A DNA stretch of 64,000 bases from Octopus sinensis (Eukaryota): the NCBI RefSeq assembly GCF_006345805.1, contig NC_043000.1, positions 66,650,001-66,714,000 of the forward strand, in the 5' to 3' direction. The translations under genes and the position numbers were made by a program. A model generated the notes under the pieces. That model was not told the origin of the DNA, ran no database searches, and was given only the letters and a program-made list of their open reading frames with translations. Position 1 is the first letter of the stretch. Each line of letters opens with the position of its first letter. Positions 1 to 13,647 of this stretch are shown here, one piece after another.

Positions 1-104
1 GAGACTCATTGTTATACATACATACATACATACATACATACATACATACATACATACATACATACATACATACATACATACATACATACATACATACATA
101 CACA
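1..104. repeat. (ACAT)n microsatellite
   Basis: Direct tandem TACA units; ORF 9..197 is only its translation. Confidence 0.98.
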
Positions 105-885
105 CAGGGGAGTGGTGGGAAAATTGTCGCTATTATATATTTTTTATTTCGCGCATACACATTGTTTGTTTTTGATTTTCCCGACTACACAGTATAGTAG
201 GGTTCAGTTGGACACCGTCTGTGAGAAAAAAAGCAGCATGACGCAATTCACCCTGCCAGAAATTTGGAAATGACATGCTGTACAGCATGTACCGAGAGTG
301 ATAAAAATCAAACATTCATGGTGTTTGGAGTGATTATTAGTGATGGCGACATTATGCCTCCATTCATCTTCCCACACGGCCTCAGACTCAACACAGAGAC
401 CTACATCAAGTGTTTGAATGAGGTAGTGCTGCTCTGGGTCAAGAGGGTGGCTACTGAAAGACTCTATGTCTGGTAACAGGACTCTGCACCATGCCACACA
501 AGCAGACAATTTCTGTGACCACATCACCCCTAACACCTGGCTACCTAACTCTTCAGACTGCAACCCCCGTGATTATAATGTGTGGGGCGCAGTTGAGCGA
601 GAGATGAACAAAACTCCTTGTAACACCGAAGATGAACTGAAGGCAAGGATTATAGCAGTTGGTAATTATAGCAGCATTCACCAACTTAAACAAGGAGACC
701 GTGCAAGAAATTCCGAAGTCATCTAGAGGATGCGGTTGAAGCCAATAGCGATTTTATTGAATAAATTTATTCTTTAGCATTTCAAGATATTTTTATGTAA
801 TTTTGGTAAATATATCTGTTAAAATGAGATATCTGTTATTTTCATTTTTGCGTTATTTAGACGACAGTTTATTCACCGCACCCTG
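105..885 (+). mobile_element. Internally deleted Tc1/mariner element, maT/DD37D-like
   Basis: Imperfect TIRs (CAGGGGAGTGGTGGGAAAATTGTCG vs reverse complement of right end CAGGGTGCGGTGAATAAACTGTCG); TA at right end. Broken transposase C-terminus: MVFGVIISDGDIMPPFIF...YIKCL, VW*QDSAPCHT, WLPNSSDCNPRDYNVWGAVERE (WPPNSPDxNPLD motif). Confidence 0.85.
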
Positions 886-917
<32 letters not shown>

Positions 918-965
918 TGTATGTATGTATGTATGTATGTATATGTATGTATGTATGTATGTATT
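886..965. repeat. (ATGT)n microsatellite
   Basis: Direct tandem repeat, reverse complement of the left-flank repeat. Confidence 0.97.
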
Positions 966-1334
966 AGTACGTCGCCTGATTTCCTCCTGACCATAAATTA
1001 ACACTAATGGTATATTACAAGAACGAAAAATTTAATTTCTTTGCAACACACTTCTACAAGTCCTTGAATGAACTCTAAATGACCACTGTTAAGATATAAA
1101 TTTAATTGGAAACATCAAAGTTTCTAACTTCTTGAGTTTAAACGTTATATCCGACATTCGTGTAATTTCCTATCCTTCAAGCTGACTTTGCACTTACAAT
1201 AAAGTTCAACTGTAACACAAAAAGCACACAATCTTTGTTGTAAAACGTTAGCAAAATAGCAAAACTCTTCCTACAAGAGAATACCCCATGAAAACCGAAT
1301 AATAAAAGATGCTGTTACAGATGCTGCTGCTGCT

Positions 1335-1335
1335 G

Positions 1336-1417
<82 letters not shown>

Positions 1418-1420
1418 CAA
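1335..1420. repeat. (AAT)n microsatellite
   Basis: Long ATA run; source of poly-I/L/Y ORFs. Confidence 0.97.
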
Positions 1421-2176
1421 CAACAACGCCGCCGACGATGATGGTAACGTCGACAACGATGATGGCAGGGACTGCAGTGACTACAACGACGACGATGATT
1501 ATGAGGATGCAATAATTATTTTGGGCAGCTGCTGTTCTCTTTATAAAATTAAGCGTAGTTCTCGAATGCTGTACTGTTGCCGAAGGTTCTGAATTCCTTT
1601 TCATTTCAAGTCTATTAGATACTACTCAAAGCTCATGAACATAAATTTTTAGCTTAATTTTCAGGCTTGGAACATTTTTTTTTTATAGTTAATGACAGTT
1701 CAGTCCATATTCTATACATAGTCATTGGTTATAAGAAAAGTTTGTGGGAGATTATGGGAGAACACCAGAAAAGAACGCATCCACAGCACAGCGTAACTGC
1801 GACTAGAATCACCAGCATTTAGGATTTAACACACACAATCACATGTATGCATGTACGTCTGCCTGTCTGGATAGATGGATGTGTGTGTGTGTGTGTGTGT
1901 GTGTATAGGCACACAACTATATCGGTTTTCTTTATGACGTACTACTCAAAGTTCATGAAAATAAACTTTTAGCTTTTGAGGCTGAAACATTTTTTAAAAA
2001 CAGTTATTGATAGTTCATTCCATATTCTATGCATATGAGAAAATCAAGTCCTTCATAGTAAGGCCTTTATAGTAAGGGTCAGAAAATACCTTATCCCCAA
2101 CAATATCTGATTCTCGAGAAAGGTCAGCCGGAAACTATAATGGAGTACTATAATTACGACTAGGACGGTTCTGCTG

Positions 2177-2214
<38 letters not shown>

Positions 2215-2599
2215 CCTGGATCGTGTCTAAAGAAAAGCTTCTCGACTGATCGGCACGAAGTTGCTCACCAACATGCTCTAACCTCTTTCCCACAGATTGT
2301 AGTCCATCAGTGGGAAAAAGCTTAGAGTCTCCTCTCTGCTTTTCTATCGCTCTATTGTGGTTTCTGTGCTTTCGAATTTTCTGCTCCCACGCCATCTCCA
2401 CATTCAAGCACTTCCGACTCACACATCTCTCCTCCCCTCGTCATCCATATTGTTTCCACACTACTTCTCAATCACGTAATTTCATGTTCAGTCCTAATGC
2501 ATGGCACCATGGGCAAGTGCGGGCCGATCAATGGCTTGGGGGTGAATTGGGGACGGAAATTGTACACCCCACCACACACACACACACACACACACACAC

Positions 2600-3125
<526 letters not shown>

Positions 3126-3139
3126 AGTATATACATTTA

Positions 3140-3902
3140 GTTGGCAAATATCTTTTAATAGCTGATCACGTTCCATCAGATATATAGTAAAATGAAATGA
3201 AGTATTGATTGTCTTATTGAATAGATGAAATGTTGAATATAAAATATTAAGGGACTAGTATACTTTCTTGCATTAAAGCAGTCTTCAAGGTCCCAGGTTG
3301 TGACAGGAGTGTTTCAGCTGTGTTTGACTGACTGTCTATTGTCCTTTATATATGTTCTTGTGGGCAGCAGTAGTAGTTGTTTGGCTATTTTTAGAAATGA
3401 TGCCAAACCATTTTTCAATGTTTATTTTTAGAAATGATTATAGCAGTACTTTTTAGATTTTCTTGTTTTGGTTATAGGGTATAAGACTTTTAGACCCCAA
3501 ATAAGATTAATTTAATCATTGTGTGTTAAGCTTGGGTTTGAATTTCTTAATAAAGTCCTTTTCTCTCAGTTTTCTCTCAATTTCATTCAGGTTGTAAAGT
3601 TTATGAAATGGGAATATCATAAAAGTTTTCTGACCATATGTTGCCAGATGGTTACTCAGTGGTATTTGGTGGACTTCTGGGTTTTTAATTTGTTGCCGAT
3701 GCACACGCGAGCGCTCTGAATGTGCATTACCTGTCTGGCCAACATACAGTTCTTCACAATTTGGGCATTTGATGCAATAGATTAAATTTCTGCTTTTGCA
3801 GTTCATGTTCGCGTTTGTGAATATTTTCCCTGTTTTTCTGTTCATATATAGGCAAGTATGAATTAATTGGCATGTACCGCATCGGCTATCATTGCATTTA
3901 GA
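3140..3902 (-). mobile_element. Penelope-like element 3' fragment (GIY-YIG endonuclease plus 3' region)
   Basis: KCNDSRCGTCQLIH in frame with ORF 3516..3845: NLIYCIKCPNCEELYVGQTG...RSRVHRQQI...HL...EKDFIKKFKPKLN (GIY-YIG with Cys/His motifs). Confidence 0.9.
3251..3294 (-). ncRNA. Minimal type I hammerhead-like motif in PLE 3' region (one extra base in core)
   Basis: Minus strand GGGAC-CTTGAAGA-CTGC(TTTAAT)GCAA-GAAA-G(TATA)C-TA-GTCCC: 5-bp stem I, palindromic stem III. Confidence 0.55.
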
Positions 3903-4238
3903 TAAAGCGTGAAAACCACTCGTAAGCGTGTGTTTTGCTCATGGCAGCGACGTTGTAAGCTGTTTGAAGCATGGCAACTGTTTCAGCCATTGTTTTCCCC
4001 AGCAGATTTTCACGGAAGCACGCTGTTCTTTCGTGTCAGCCATCACAAAAATCAAGGAACAGAGGAGAAGCACTATAAAACAAAGATGCACCAAGTGGCA
4101 ATATGATGACACTGGATAAGGCCGGTCGGCAGACTTATGCTTGAGGGTTGCATCAAGGGGCCTCTAGCCACGAAAGCCTGAACTACAGCGGGCTTGTCCC
4201 ACAGAGAACGCTTCCGGTTACTTTTGGGTGCCCCCTTA
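3903..4238 (-). mobile_element. Mariner 5' fragment (TIR plus transposase N-terminal HTH, frameshifted)
   Basis: Terminus TA|TAAGGGGGCACCCAAAAGTAACCGGAA; from ATG at 4043: MADTKEQRASVKIC/GKTMAETVAMLQTAYNVAAMSKTHAYEWFSRF, typical mariner N-terminus. Confidence 0.85.
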
Positions 4239-4292
4239 TACATACATACATACATACATACATACATACATACATACATACATACATACATA

Positions 4293-4560
4293 CGTAGGTG
4301 CAGTATGGCGACTGGTTAAGATGTTCGCTTGTAATAAAAAAGTCCGGATGTTGATCCCAGTGTGTGGTATCTTGGAAAAGTATAGTGTTTCTATAGCTTC
4401 GAGTCAACTCACGTCTTGTGAGTGAAACTGAGTGGACGGAAACTGTATGGAAGCTTGTTGGATGGATTGTACCTGTAATTCATAAGTCCTGCCTTGTAAT
4501 GTTGTCACAATGATTCTACCTAAGAATTACGTTAAGGGCGAATATGTCTGGGGCTTTCTT
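4293..4560 (+). mobile_element. Degenerate SINE, family B (A-like head, different 3' half)
   Basis: Similar to 29680-29889 (TTGTGAGTGAAACTG...GGATTGTACCTGTAAT...GCCTTGT...GTCAC). Confidence 0.6.
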
Positions 4561-4930
4561 ATTGGCTTACATGTTAAACCAATGAGCCTGGAAGTTCACT
4601 TGATCGAATAACTGAATATTCATGGTCGTAAATTCATTCTGACCAAGATATATACGTACATATGTATACATACATACATACATACATACATACATACATA
4701 CATACATACATACATACATACATGCATACATATATGCACGTATGCACGCATACACGCACGCATACACACATACATACATAGTTGCATAACACACACGCAT
4801 ACACAGACATGCACACACAAGGAGACAGAGGTGCATACATATACAAACACATGCTCACACACACATACATAGAAAATACACAAACACGGACATGCAAGCA
4901 CATAAATATGCAGGATACGTACATACAGAT

Positions 4931-4963
<33 letters not shown>

Positions 4964-4984
4964 ACACACACACACACACACACA

Positions 4985-5033
<49 letters not shown>

Positions 5034-5049
5034 TATAGCTAGATAATTT

Positions 5050-5662
5050 ACGATGCTATCCGCAAGAAGAACTGTCCTGAGATATGCACCAAAGGCATGT
5101 CAGAACCAGCAGGTATACACACCTTTAAAAAGAAGGAACACCCCATTGAAAACATTAATTCGGTGCAAACATAACAGACCTAATATTGTTCTGTGGGACA
5201 GGAATAAAACTTTGATGTATTGATGTATAGGTCAGCTGCCAAGCGGATGTGAATGTATCCAAGAAAAAGGGAACATTTACGACGAATTAATGCAGAACTT
5301 ACAGTTCTTCTGTCCTGAATATGGATTATCATTTGTACGTATCATCATAGGTGCATTAGGTTATTTACCAACAAATTTCCACAAAACCTTAGAAATACTT
5401 GGTTTCACGAAGAAAGAGCATAAGAAACTGATGCGGATTCTCCAAATCCAGTCTATTAGTGGCACAGTGAAGGTTCGTAAGACATAAAAAAAAAGTAATT
5501 CTCCGTCTGAGAGTGTATGCATCGACAGTTCAACCTACACACAAACTAAACCACATATGGACAAACGTCAGGAAGTCTTTTAGCTCAAAAAGTCTTGTCA
5601 CTCTGTTAGCGGCCGACTTGATCACTTTTAAGAAGAACTTAAATAAAACTCAAAGAAAAAGT
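5050..5662 (+). mobile_element. RLE-type non-LTR retrotransposon 3' end (R4/Dong-like), ending in (CATA)n
   Basis: CKHNRPNIVLWD...VSC(P)ADVNV...IYDELMQNLQFFCPEYGLSFVRIIIGALG (restriction-like endonuclease), 3' UTR with AATAAA, then the (CATA)n run. Confidence 0.75.
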
Positions 5663-6390
5663 ATACATACATACATACATACATACATACATACATACAT
5701 ACATACATACATACATACACATACATACATACATACATACATACATACGTGTGTGTGTGTGTGTATACTCACATCGCTATATCGGTTTTCTTTATGATGT
5801 ACTATGGAGGTGGAGCAGTGTCCATGACCTTGTTTGTGCTCGCTCAAATGGGGAAAGAAAAGACGAACAAATTATTTAAGGTCAGAACAGAGTAGAAAGG
5901 CTGCCTGTCATGTAAACTGTTTTTAACTTATATCAACCATAGGGCAAATGACGAAGACGACAACAGAGGGGAACATGATAATGTTGATGATAATGATGTT
6001 GATGACTACGGTAGTAGTTATGATAAAAACTAGAAAATGTGAGTTATGTGGAGACATCAAATTTAAATTATAACACCAACAGACCGTAATTAAAGGGCGC
6101 TATTTTGGGTGACGGTAAAATACATCAATTTAACGTTAAACTATGTTACCAGTAAACAAGAGCCGCAAGGAAAAAAAAAGGAAGAAAAGATATCGTCTTA
6201 CTAAGCGTCACATTTTCTTTTGTTATTTAATCGCGCTATAAAATATGCGTTCAGTTATAAGAAACAGTGACAGGATATATGCAGTGCACTAACAGACAAA
6301 AATTGATAATTGTTCAGGAAAAAAAAAAAAAGAAATGTATAAACGAATAAAAAGCCTTCTAGCGATATAAATAAATAAATAAATAAATAA

Positions 6391-6476
<86 letters not shown>

Positions 6477-7199
6477 TAAACCTGTATAATTTATTTTTTA
6501 CATTTGATTGAATAATTCGTTCCCACGAGAGTTGTACATATAAAACAGAATAAAACAAATTTTATGCAACGTGGTGAAATTGTAGACGCTATGCAATGAG
6601 GCAAAATTGTACATCTGAAAATAAAGACGGTATTTAATTATGTTGTCATTTTACATTCTGCGGACAATATATGATTTGTTGTATATTCCTCCGTAGTTGA
6701 TTTAATATATACCAGTAGTATAGCGAGATATGCTGTATGTTCATTCGCTCGATTGTACTCGTAAATTATTATCGTTTAGTCTATGCTATTCAGTGATAGA
6801 TTTAACACGTCGTCCAGTTTAACACTATCACCTAGACGTAGTGTATCTTTTGTAAAATTCATTCTTTTGCAAACATTCGGGGACCAGGTCGCTGATTGTG
6901 CCAAATCTCTCCCGACTAAACAATGTAAAAATAAATAAATTCAGAAAACAAAACGTACAAACAATATAGTGATGTACCGTTAGACAATTCAACTGATTGT
7001 GTTTGTGAGTTATAAGTGTTTAGTAGGGTACTAATGTAATAAACCGAAACGGACAGGGAAAATTGGAACGGTCGTTCTATCAACTGGTTATATATAGCAG
7101 CACAACACCACATATTCCTCAAATAACACCACTGCAGTCTTAAAAAGGGAACGACACGTAGGACAGATATTAAACAACAACAACAACAACAACAACAGC

Positions 7200-7335
7200 A
7201 TAATCCTTTCTACTATAGGCACAAGGTCTGAATTTGTTAGGGAGGGAACTAGTCAATTACATAGACCCAAGTGTTTTACAGGTACTTAATTTATCGACTC
7301 CGAAAAGATGAAAGGCAAAGTTGATCTCGGCAGAA
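7200..7335 (-). mobile_element. SINE family C fragment, next to (AAT)n array 7336-7585
   Basis: Reverse complement of CCGAGGTCGACTTTGCCTTTCATCCTTTCGGGGTCGAT...AAGTACC...GCCTTGTGCC. Confidence 0.75.
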
Positions 7336-7346
7336 TAATAATAATA

Positions 7347-7400
<54 letters not shown>

Positions 7401-7464
7401 TAATAATAATATAATAATAATAATAACAATAATAATGATAATAATAATAATAATAATGATAATA

Positions 7465-7514
<50 letters not shown>

Positions 7515-7527
7515 TAATAATAATATA

Positions 7528-7560
<33 letters not shown>

Positions 7561-8743
7561 TAATAATAATAATAATAATAATGACATGAAACATGAATTA
7601 TAATAAATGGCGGTTGAAATGGCTTTGGTCATAGGTCAGCTCTACCAGTGCTGATACATGGCTATACATTCTTTCAATACCAACAGCATCATCAACAATA
7701 CCGACTACAAACTGAATGGAAGGAATCTGAAGATATTACTTTAAATTGGTGTTAAAATTGCATATTCTCCATTGTCAATTGATTAAACTTTATTTTCGTT
7801 TTGAATTCCTACTATATCCAAAAGAACAATGAAACAAAACAAAAACAAATAACAAATAAATAAATAAATAACAACAAATGAACAAAGTTTGTGTCTCGGA
7901 GAACAGATGTTGTCGTCTTGGTAGTTTCCAATTCATTGAAAATATAATTTCTATAATATTAATATTTAATAATTAATAAGTTCAAGTCCCTATAGAGCAG
8001 ACGCAAGTTACTTGTGAGCTAACATTGCAAACGGGTTTCAATTCCCTAGTTATAGGTATTTATATCAGAAATGTAGTGAGCCAGTTATTGTTCTGTTGGA
8101 AACTTGTAACCAACGTAAACCAGTGTTCGCCATATTGTGAGAAAAAAAGAAATAAATACAAATAAATACAATGACCCATATATAATGTGGTGTAAATAAA
8201 GTGTCACAAACATTTCCAGGATTAATCATTGTTGGAGAAGAATGAGTAAGTCGATTCAATAAAGTATATAATCAAGTTTTCTGATATTTGTACCAACCAA
8301 CCAGCCAGCCAACACTTGTTGTTATAATTATTGATTTCTCATAACTGACACTAGCTCTCATATTTATAAGTGTCAAGTTAAGTCTGTAGTCGAAGTAATA
8401 GTGGTAGCAGATGCTGTTGTTGTTTAAGCCCAAGTCAATACTGTTTAAGCAAACCTATGATCACAGGCATGGAAACTGTGGACACTATCTTTTCAGGGAA
8501 TCCAAAGCTGCATTATCTAATACAGTGTTTCCAAAAGTGGGTATCATAAAAAAAATTCTAGGCTTCCGCCAGATATCTTTGATGAATTTAATAAAAATTA
8601 TTTTATAAAGAATTTTCTAAAAAATGGTTTCACCATTTTTCGAAATAGGTTATTATCAGAAACTTTTTTTTTTCCAGAGGAATGACTTCTCTATCTTAAA
8701 CAACTTTTGTTTCATTTAACGTATTATATTATGTATTATACTG

Positions 8744-9125
8744 TAGGCGGCAAGTTGGCTGAAACATTAGTATGCCGGGCGAAATGCTTAGCAGTATTTC
8801 GTCTGCCACTACGTTCTGAGTTCAAATTCCGCCGAGGTCGACTTTGCCTTTCATCCTTTCGGGGTCGATTAAATAAGTACCAGTTACGCACTGGGTCGAT
8901 ATAATCGAATTAATCCGTTTGTCTGTCCTTGTTTGTCCTCTCTGTGTTTAGCCCCTTGTATTTCGTCTGTCTTTACGTTCTGAGTCCAAATTTCGCCGAG
9001 GTCAACTTTACCTTTCATTCTTTCGGGGTCGATAAATTAAGTACCAGTTGCGTATTGGGATCGATCTCATCAACTGGCATCTTCACCCAAAATTTCGGGC
9101 CTTGTGCCAAGAGTAGAAAAGAATC
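8744..9125 (+). mobile_element. SINE family C, two copies in tandem (second lacks the head)
   Basis: tRNA-like head GGCGGCAAGTTGGCTGAAAC...GAGTTCAAATTCCGCC; block GTATTTCGTCTG...TACCAGTT occurs twice. Confidence 0.8.
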
Positions 9126-9689
9126 ATGTATTATATTATTATTATTATTATTGTATTATAAAAAGTTATGGCAGTCGGAATTACTCGTAAAACATGTATG
9201 TTCTTCGATTTTCGAAAATCGTATAATTGAGTCTACGACGAAATAAATTTGGAAATCATTGATCTAATGTCTCCTTTCCTTTAAAAAAAAACAGCAGAGT
9301 TTTATCTGAGGGGAATTCAGCCACTATTTCTTGCAAGTCAAACGACCACACAGAGGGTCTTTCGTTGGCTTGTCAGTATAGTTAGTTGAATTAGACTCCC
9401 TATCTATGTGTAGCACTTAATTTAATGACACTGTTGTTCACTGGCGGTGCTCCAGTATGGTTATAGCCTTAAGACTAAAACACGTAAAAGAACAAAAGGA
9501 GAAAAGAATGTACGGATTTGAATTCAGAATATAAAGGTACGTAACCGAATACCTTGCAACCTACTGCTTCTGCCACTACGATATATTTAGAGTCAACATA
9601 TCTCTCTTCCTCCTAACTGTTTGCGTGTGTATTTATATACATACTTACATATACACATATATGTATGTATGTATTTATAAAACTCTGTT

Positions 9690-10450
9690 AACCCATCTGG
9701 CTACGAAAGTTTCATAATATCCGACTCTGAACCAAGTCTCATAAACCAGAACCCCTTGACCTCAACATATGTATGGTTGAACACAGAACGGATGTTCTAT
9801 TCCCGTCTGCTTGAAGTATTCAAAATTTTGTAAGACACTATTCAACAGATATGTTCTACAAGACCACTGTATCTGCTGATGCTCATTTTCACGCGAAACA
9901 CCAGCCCTACCAATTGAATGAGTCCTGTAGTACAGAGGTCATCATATAAGAGGCAGAAGTTAAGTCAAAATACATAAACCTTGATTCCACTTACAAATGC
10001 TATACTAGCATGAGCGAAGGAAATTTAAAGCAAAGATTTTACAATTATACCCATTCATTCGGAAACATTGAAAGACAAAAGGTAACGAATCTTCCGAGTT
10101 ATATATAGTTATTAAAAGAAAATGCTTCGAACTATAATACAACTTTTATAAACAATACAGAAAAATACCTAACTTTGTAACTATAATAAAAACATGAAAG
10201 CCAATTGAACAGAAACTGCTGTTGCCACCATTCCCAGTATCACAGAATTTGTTTCAAAAGACAGAGTTCTCCTCATACACAACCCCAAATAATATTAATA
10301 AACATGACACAAATATTTAAGGAAACTGCAACACTAACGATATTAAAAACGTATTTATAGAACTGAAATTTTATTATTACAACGTATACAGCAATAATTT
10401 ATGAAGCATTCTTAAAATCATATTGAAGAGCACTTTATTTGAAATTATAA
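9690..10450 (+). mobile_element. Old degenerate PLE endonuclease fragment (same broad type as the 46-49 kb element)
   Basis: Broken reading: CIC...QLNESCSTEVII*EAEV...KCYTSMSEGNLKQRFYNYTHSFGN...TNLPSYI*LLKE, matching C-C..CPL.G.C..VIY..YIG...FK.R.YNH..SF...T.LS..IW.LK. Confidence 0.6.
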
Positions 10451-11167
10451 CTAGAGTATATTAAGCGGAGCCTTTTCAGACCTTGGTAGTAGTCATAAAT
10501 TACATAAAAATCCTGCATTGAATATGCCCATTGTCGTCAACTGTTCCTCAGAGTCTACAATGATTGCTTAGTAGATTTAACTTTTATGGTTTCGAAGAGA
10601 CAATATAAGCCAATGTGGTATCCATGAGTCAGTCGCAAACAGAGTATTGATTATCTCGTGTGAGAAGTGATGTGTTGGCCGTTTCGCGCTATATAATTCG
10701 CTCACATTTAATCACTGAGATGTTTGGTTCATGTTGTATCAATCAGAAATGACCTGGAACAAAGCAATAACAACAACAATAATATGAGTCTTAATTTCTA
10801 TTTGTCTAATTGAAAGTCCGGTCTCCTAAAATCATGGGGTCCTCGGACATTTGTACAGCGTCCTTATATGATAAGAGGGCTCTGAACGCACGTGTACGTA
10901 CGCGCGACCACACACACACACACACACTCACGCATTCATGCATACTTTATATATACTCGCACCCCAAACACACTCACATTTAGCTCACACACCTATACAA
11001 CCAACCAACCAACCAACCAGTCAGCCAAAAAGCCAACTAACTGAATACTCGCACCCGCACACACGGATTTGCACAAACAGAAACGTACAGATATTGTTCT
11101 GTAAAAGAACCGTTTGATCACAAAGACACTATCAAACTGCATACATTATCAAAAACCACCATGTAGT

Positions 11168-11290
11168 CTAGTGGTTGTCAAACTTTTCATAGTGGTTCCC
11201 AACCTTTTCACAGTGGTTCCCAACAGTGGTTTCCAACCCTTGTATTTAAATGAGTTTTCCCACGGATCCCTTTTAATATCCATATTCGTA
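11168..11290 (+). mobile_element. hAT-Charlie-like MITE left part with four tandem TIR-like motifs; probable right part at about 13730-13800
   Basis: AGTGGTTGTCAAAC, AGTGGTTCCCAACC, AGTGGTTCCCAAC, AGTGGTTTCCAACC; later CACGGACTCC...CAGGGGTCTGC after the Tigger. Confidence 0.5.
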
Positions 11291-11298
11291 TGTATATA

Positions 11299-13647
11299 CA
11301 GTATATCTTACAATACGAGTGCACCATTGTACGAGTAATTTGCTGTACGAGCCGAGGCTCGTGCGAATTTTTGTCTTGAAGTACGAGCGGAAATCCGCAG
11401 TACGAGCGAGTTTCATACAAGCGACCGCTTGTCGGCGCTGAGCTCGCGCACGCTCTACCAAAAGGCGCGGTCTCCGCTCATTCAGTTCACGTGTTTATCT
11501 CCTTGTGGCAGCATTTTTCTTGTGTTTTTTCCAGTGTTTTTGTTTAGTTTTGTGCATTTTTTTCAATTATTTTATAATAATTAGTTGTATTAGCCATGAG
11601 TCATAAGAAGGTTAGTGCAAAAGATAGTGCTGAGAATAAGAAAAAACCGATTGCGATAGAATTGAAGACGGAAATCAGTGATAAACACGAGAGAGGAATG
11701 CGTGTAGTGGACACAGCACGTCAAGACGACCGAAGCACGTCGACGATCTGCATCATCCTGAAAAAAAAGGACAAGATCAAGGCTGTTTCAACAGCAAATG
11801 GTGTTTCCAAGCTCTCTAAGTAATGCACATCTGTACACGGAAAAATTGCTTCTCTTATGGATTAAGAAGCAACTCGCAGGGGATACGATCACGAGACCAT
11901 TATCAGCGAGAAAGTACGAGCGCTGTATGGGTTTCTCCTGAAGCAGAACCCTGGAACATCAACGGAAGAAACATCAGCAGACAGTCGCGGCTGGTTTCAT
12001 AATTTTCAAGAAGACGGTGTTCATAGCGTCGTCAGGTATGGAGAAGCAGCGAGTTCTGACACGAAGGCAGCTGAAGATTTCGTGTGTGAATTCCGTCAGC
12101 TCATCGCAACAGAGGAGTACATCGCACAACAAGTATTCAACTGTGATGAAACTGGCCATTTTGGGGAAAAAATTGCCCGGAAGAACCTACATATCTGCAG
12201 AGGAGAAGAAAATACCAGGCCACAAGCCTATGAAAGATAGGCTAACTCTCGCCCTTTGTGCCGATGCGAGTGGAGACTTGAAGATTAAGCCTCTTCTTGT
12301 CTACTATTCCGAAAACCCATGAGCGTTCAAGTCGCACATAATCCTAAAGAAGAAACTGCAGATCATGTGGAGGACAAACGTTAAGGCCTGGGTCAATCCG
12401 AGTGGGTCAATCTTGTCTTCGGACCAGCAGGGAAAAAGTACCTTCTGGAGAAGAATCTTCCTCTCAAGGCCCTCCTAATCTCGAAGATGATATCCTGGAC
12501 GAATTTAAATTCATAAAAGTTTTGTACCTTTCACACAACACCACCCCTATCTTGCAGCCCATATACCAACAGGTGATTTCTAATATTAAGAAATTGTACA
12601 CCAAACACCTGTTTCATCGGTGCTTTGAAGTCACCGAAAATGCAAATCTATCCTTTTGTGAGTTTTGGAAGGAGTACTACAACATTGTAAACTGCTTGAA
12701 AATCATCGATATGGCCAGGCAAAGTGTAACGAAGCGAACGCTGAATTCTGTATGGAAGAAACTGTGGCCTGACAGCGTATCCGGAAGAGACTTTGAGGGG
12801 TTTGAGTCTGAGACACCTGCAGTCGAGGAGATAGTGTCTCTTGTGGGCCTCGAGGTTGATGATGGGGACATTAACGATCTCGTCGAGGAACACTCTGAGA
12901 AGCTGACGACAGATGAACTCCTGCAGCTTCAGGAGCAGCAGCATTTGGAAGCGGTGGAAGTGATTGATTCCCCGGATGAGGACAGTGTTGCAGAGAATGC
13001 TATATCTACGAGTAACATAAAGGCAATGTTGGCAAAGTGGCAGTATGTTTCTGAATTTGTCGAAAAACATCATCTTGAAAAAGTAGCTACAGGTCGTGCA
13101 GCTGCTTTATTTTATTTAATATTTTAGTTAATGACACTGCTCTGGCGCATTTTCGTAACATTTTGAAAGGCAGGAAAAATCAGACTTCTTTTGATATGTT
13201 TCTAATGAAATGACCTGCAAATGTAAAAAGTGAAGAAAGTGTGTCCAAAATGTCTAAATTAAGCGAAGTGAGAGAGAAAATGCCAGAAATTGTTCTTCCT
13301 GAAGTCTTAATGGAAGGAGAATCTCCTTTCAAGCAGTAATCCCTCTCCTCCCCGCTCTATCGTCTTCCTCGCTCACAAATCGTCCCATCTTTAAGGTAAT
13401 CCAGTTAATAAAACCAGTTTGCATATTTCTTTTGCATTCTCTTTTTTATAATCGTCATTCTAATTGTAACTACACCTTTTCTGTTTTAAAACCCATAAAA
13501 ATTATTTTTGGGTGGTTTTTGGGGGGTTGGAACGGATTAATTATATTTTAGTTAATTTCAATGGAGAAAATTGATTTGTAAAACGAGTAAATCGTAAAAC
13601 AAGCTCGGTCATGGAACGAATTAAACTCGTACTGCGAGCCATTACTG
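11299..13647 (+). mobile_element. Full-length Tigger/pogo DNA transposon
   Basis: TA|CAGTA...TACGAGT at left and ACTCGTA...TACTG|TA at right (TIRs, TA TSD); fragmented transposase across 11596-13320. Confidence 0.92.
11596..13320 (+). pseudogene. Tigger-type transposase pseudogene (HTH_psq, CENP-B HTH, DDE_1)
   Basis: MSHKKVSAKD...IELKTEISDKHERGMRV; VFNCDETG; RTYISAEEKKIPGHKPMKDRLTLALCADASGDLKIKPLLVYYSENP; PILQPIYQQVISNIKKLY; many stops and frameshifts. Confidence 0.9.
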
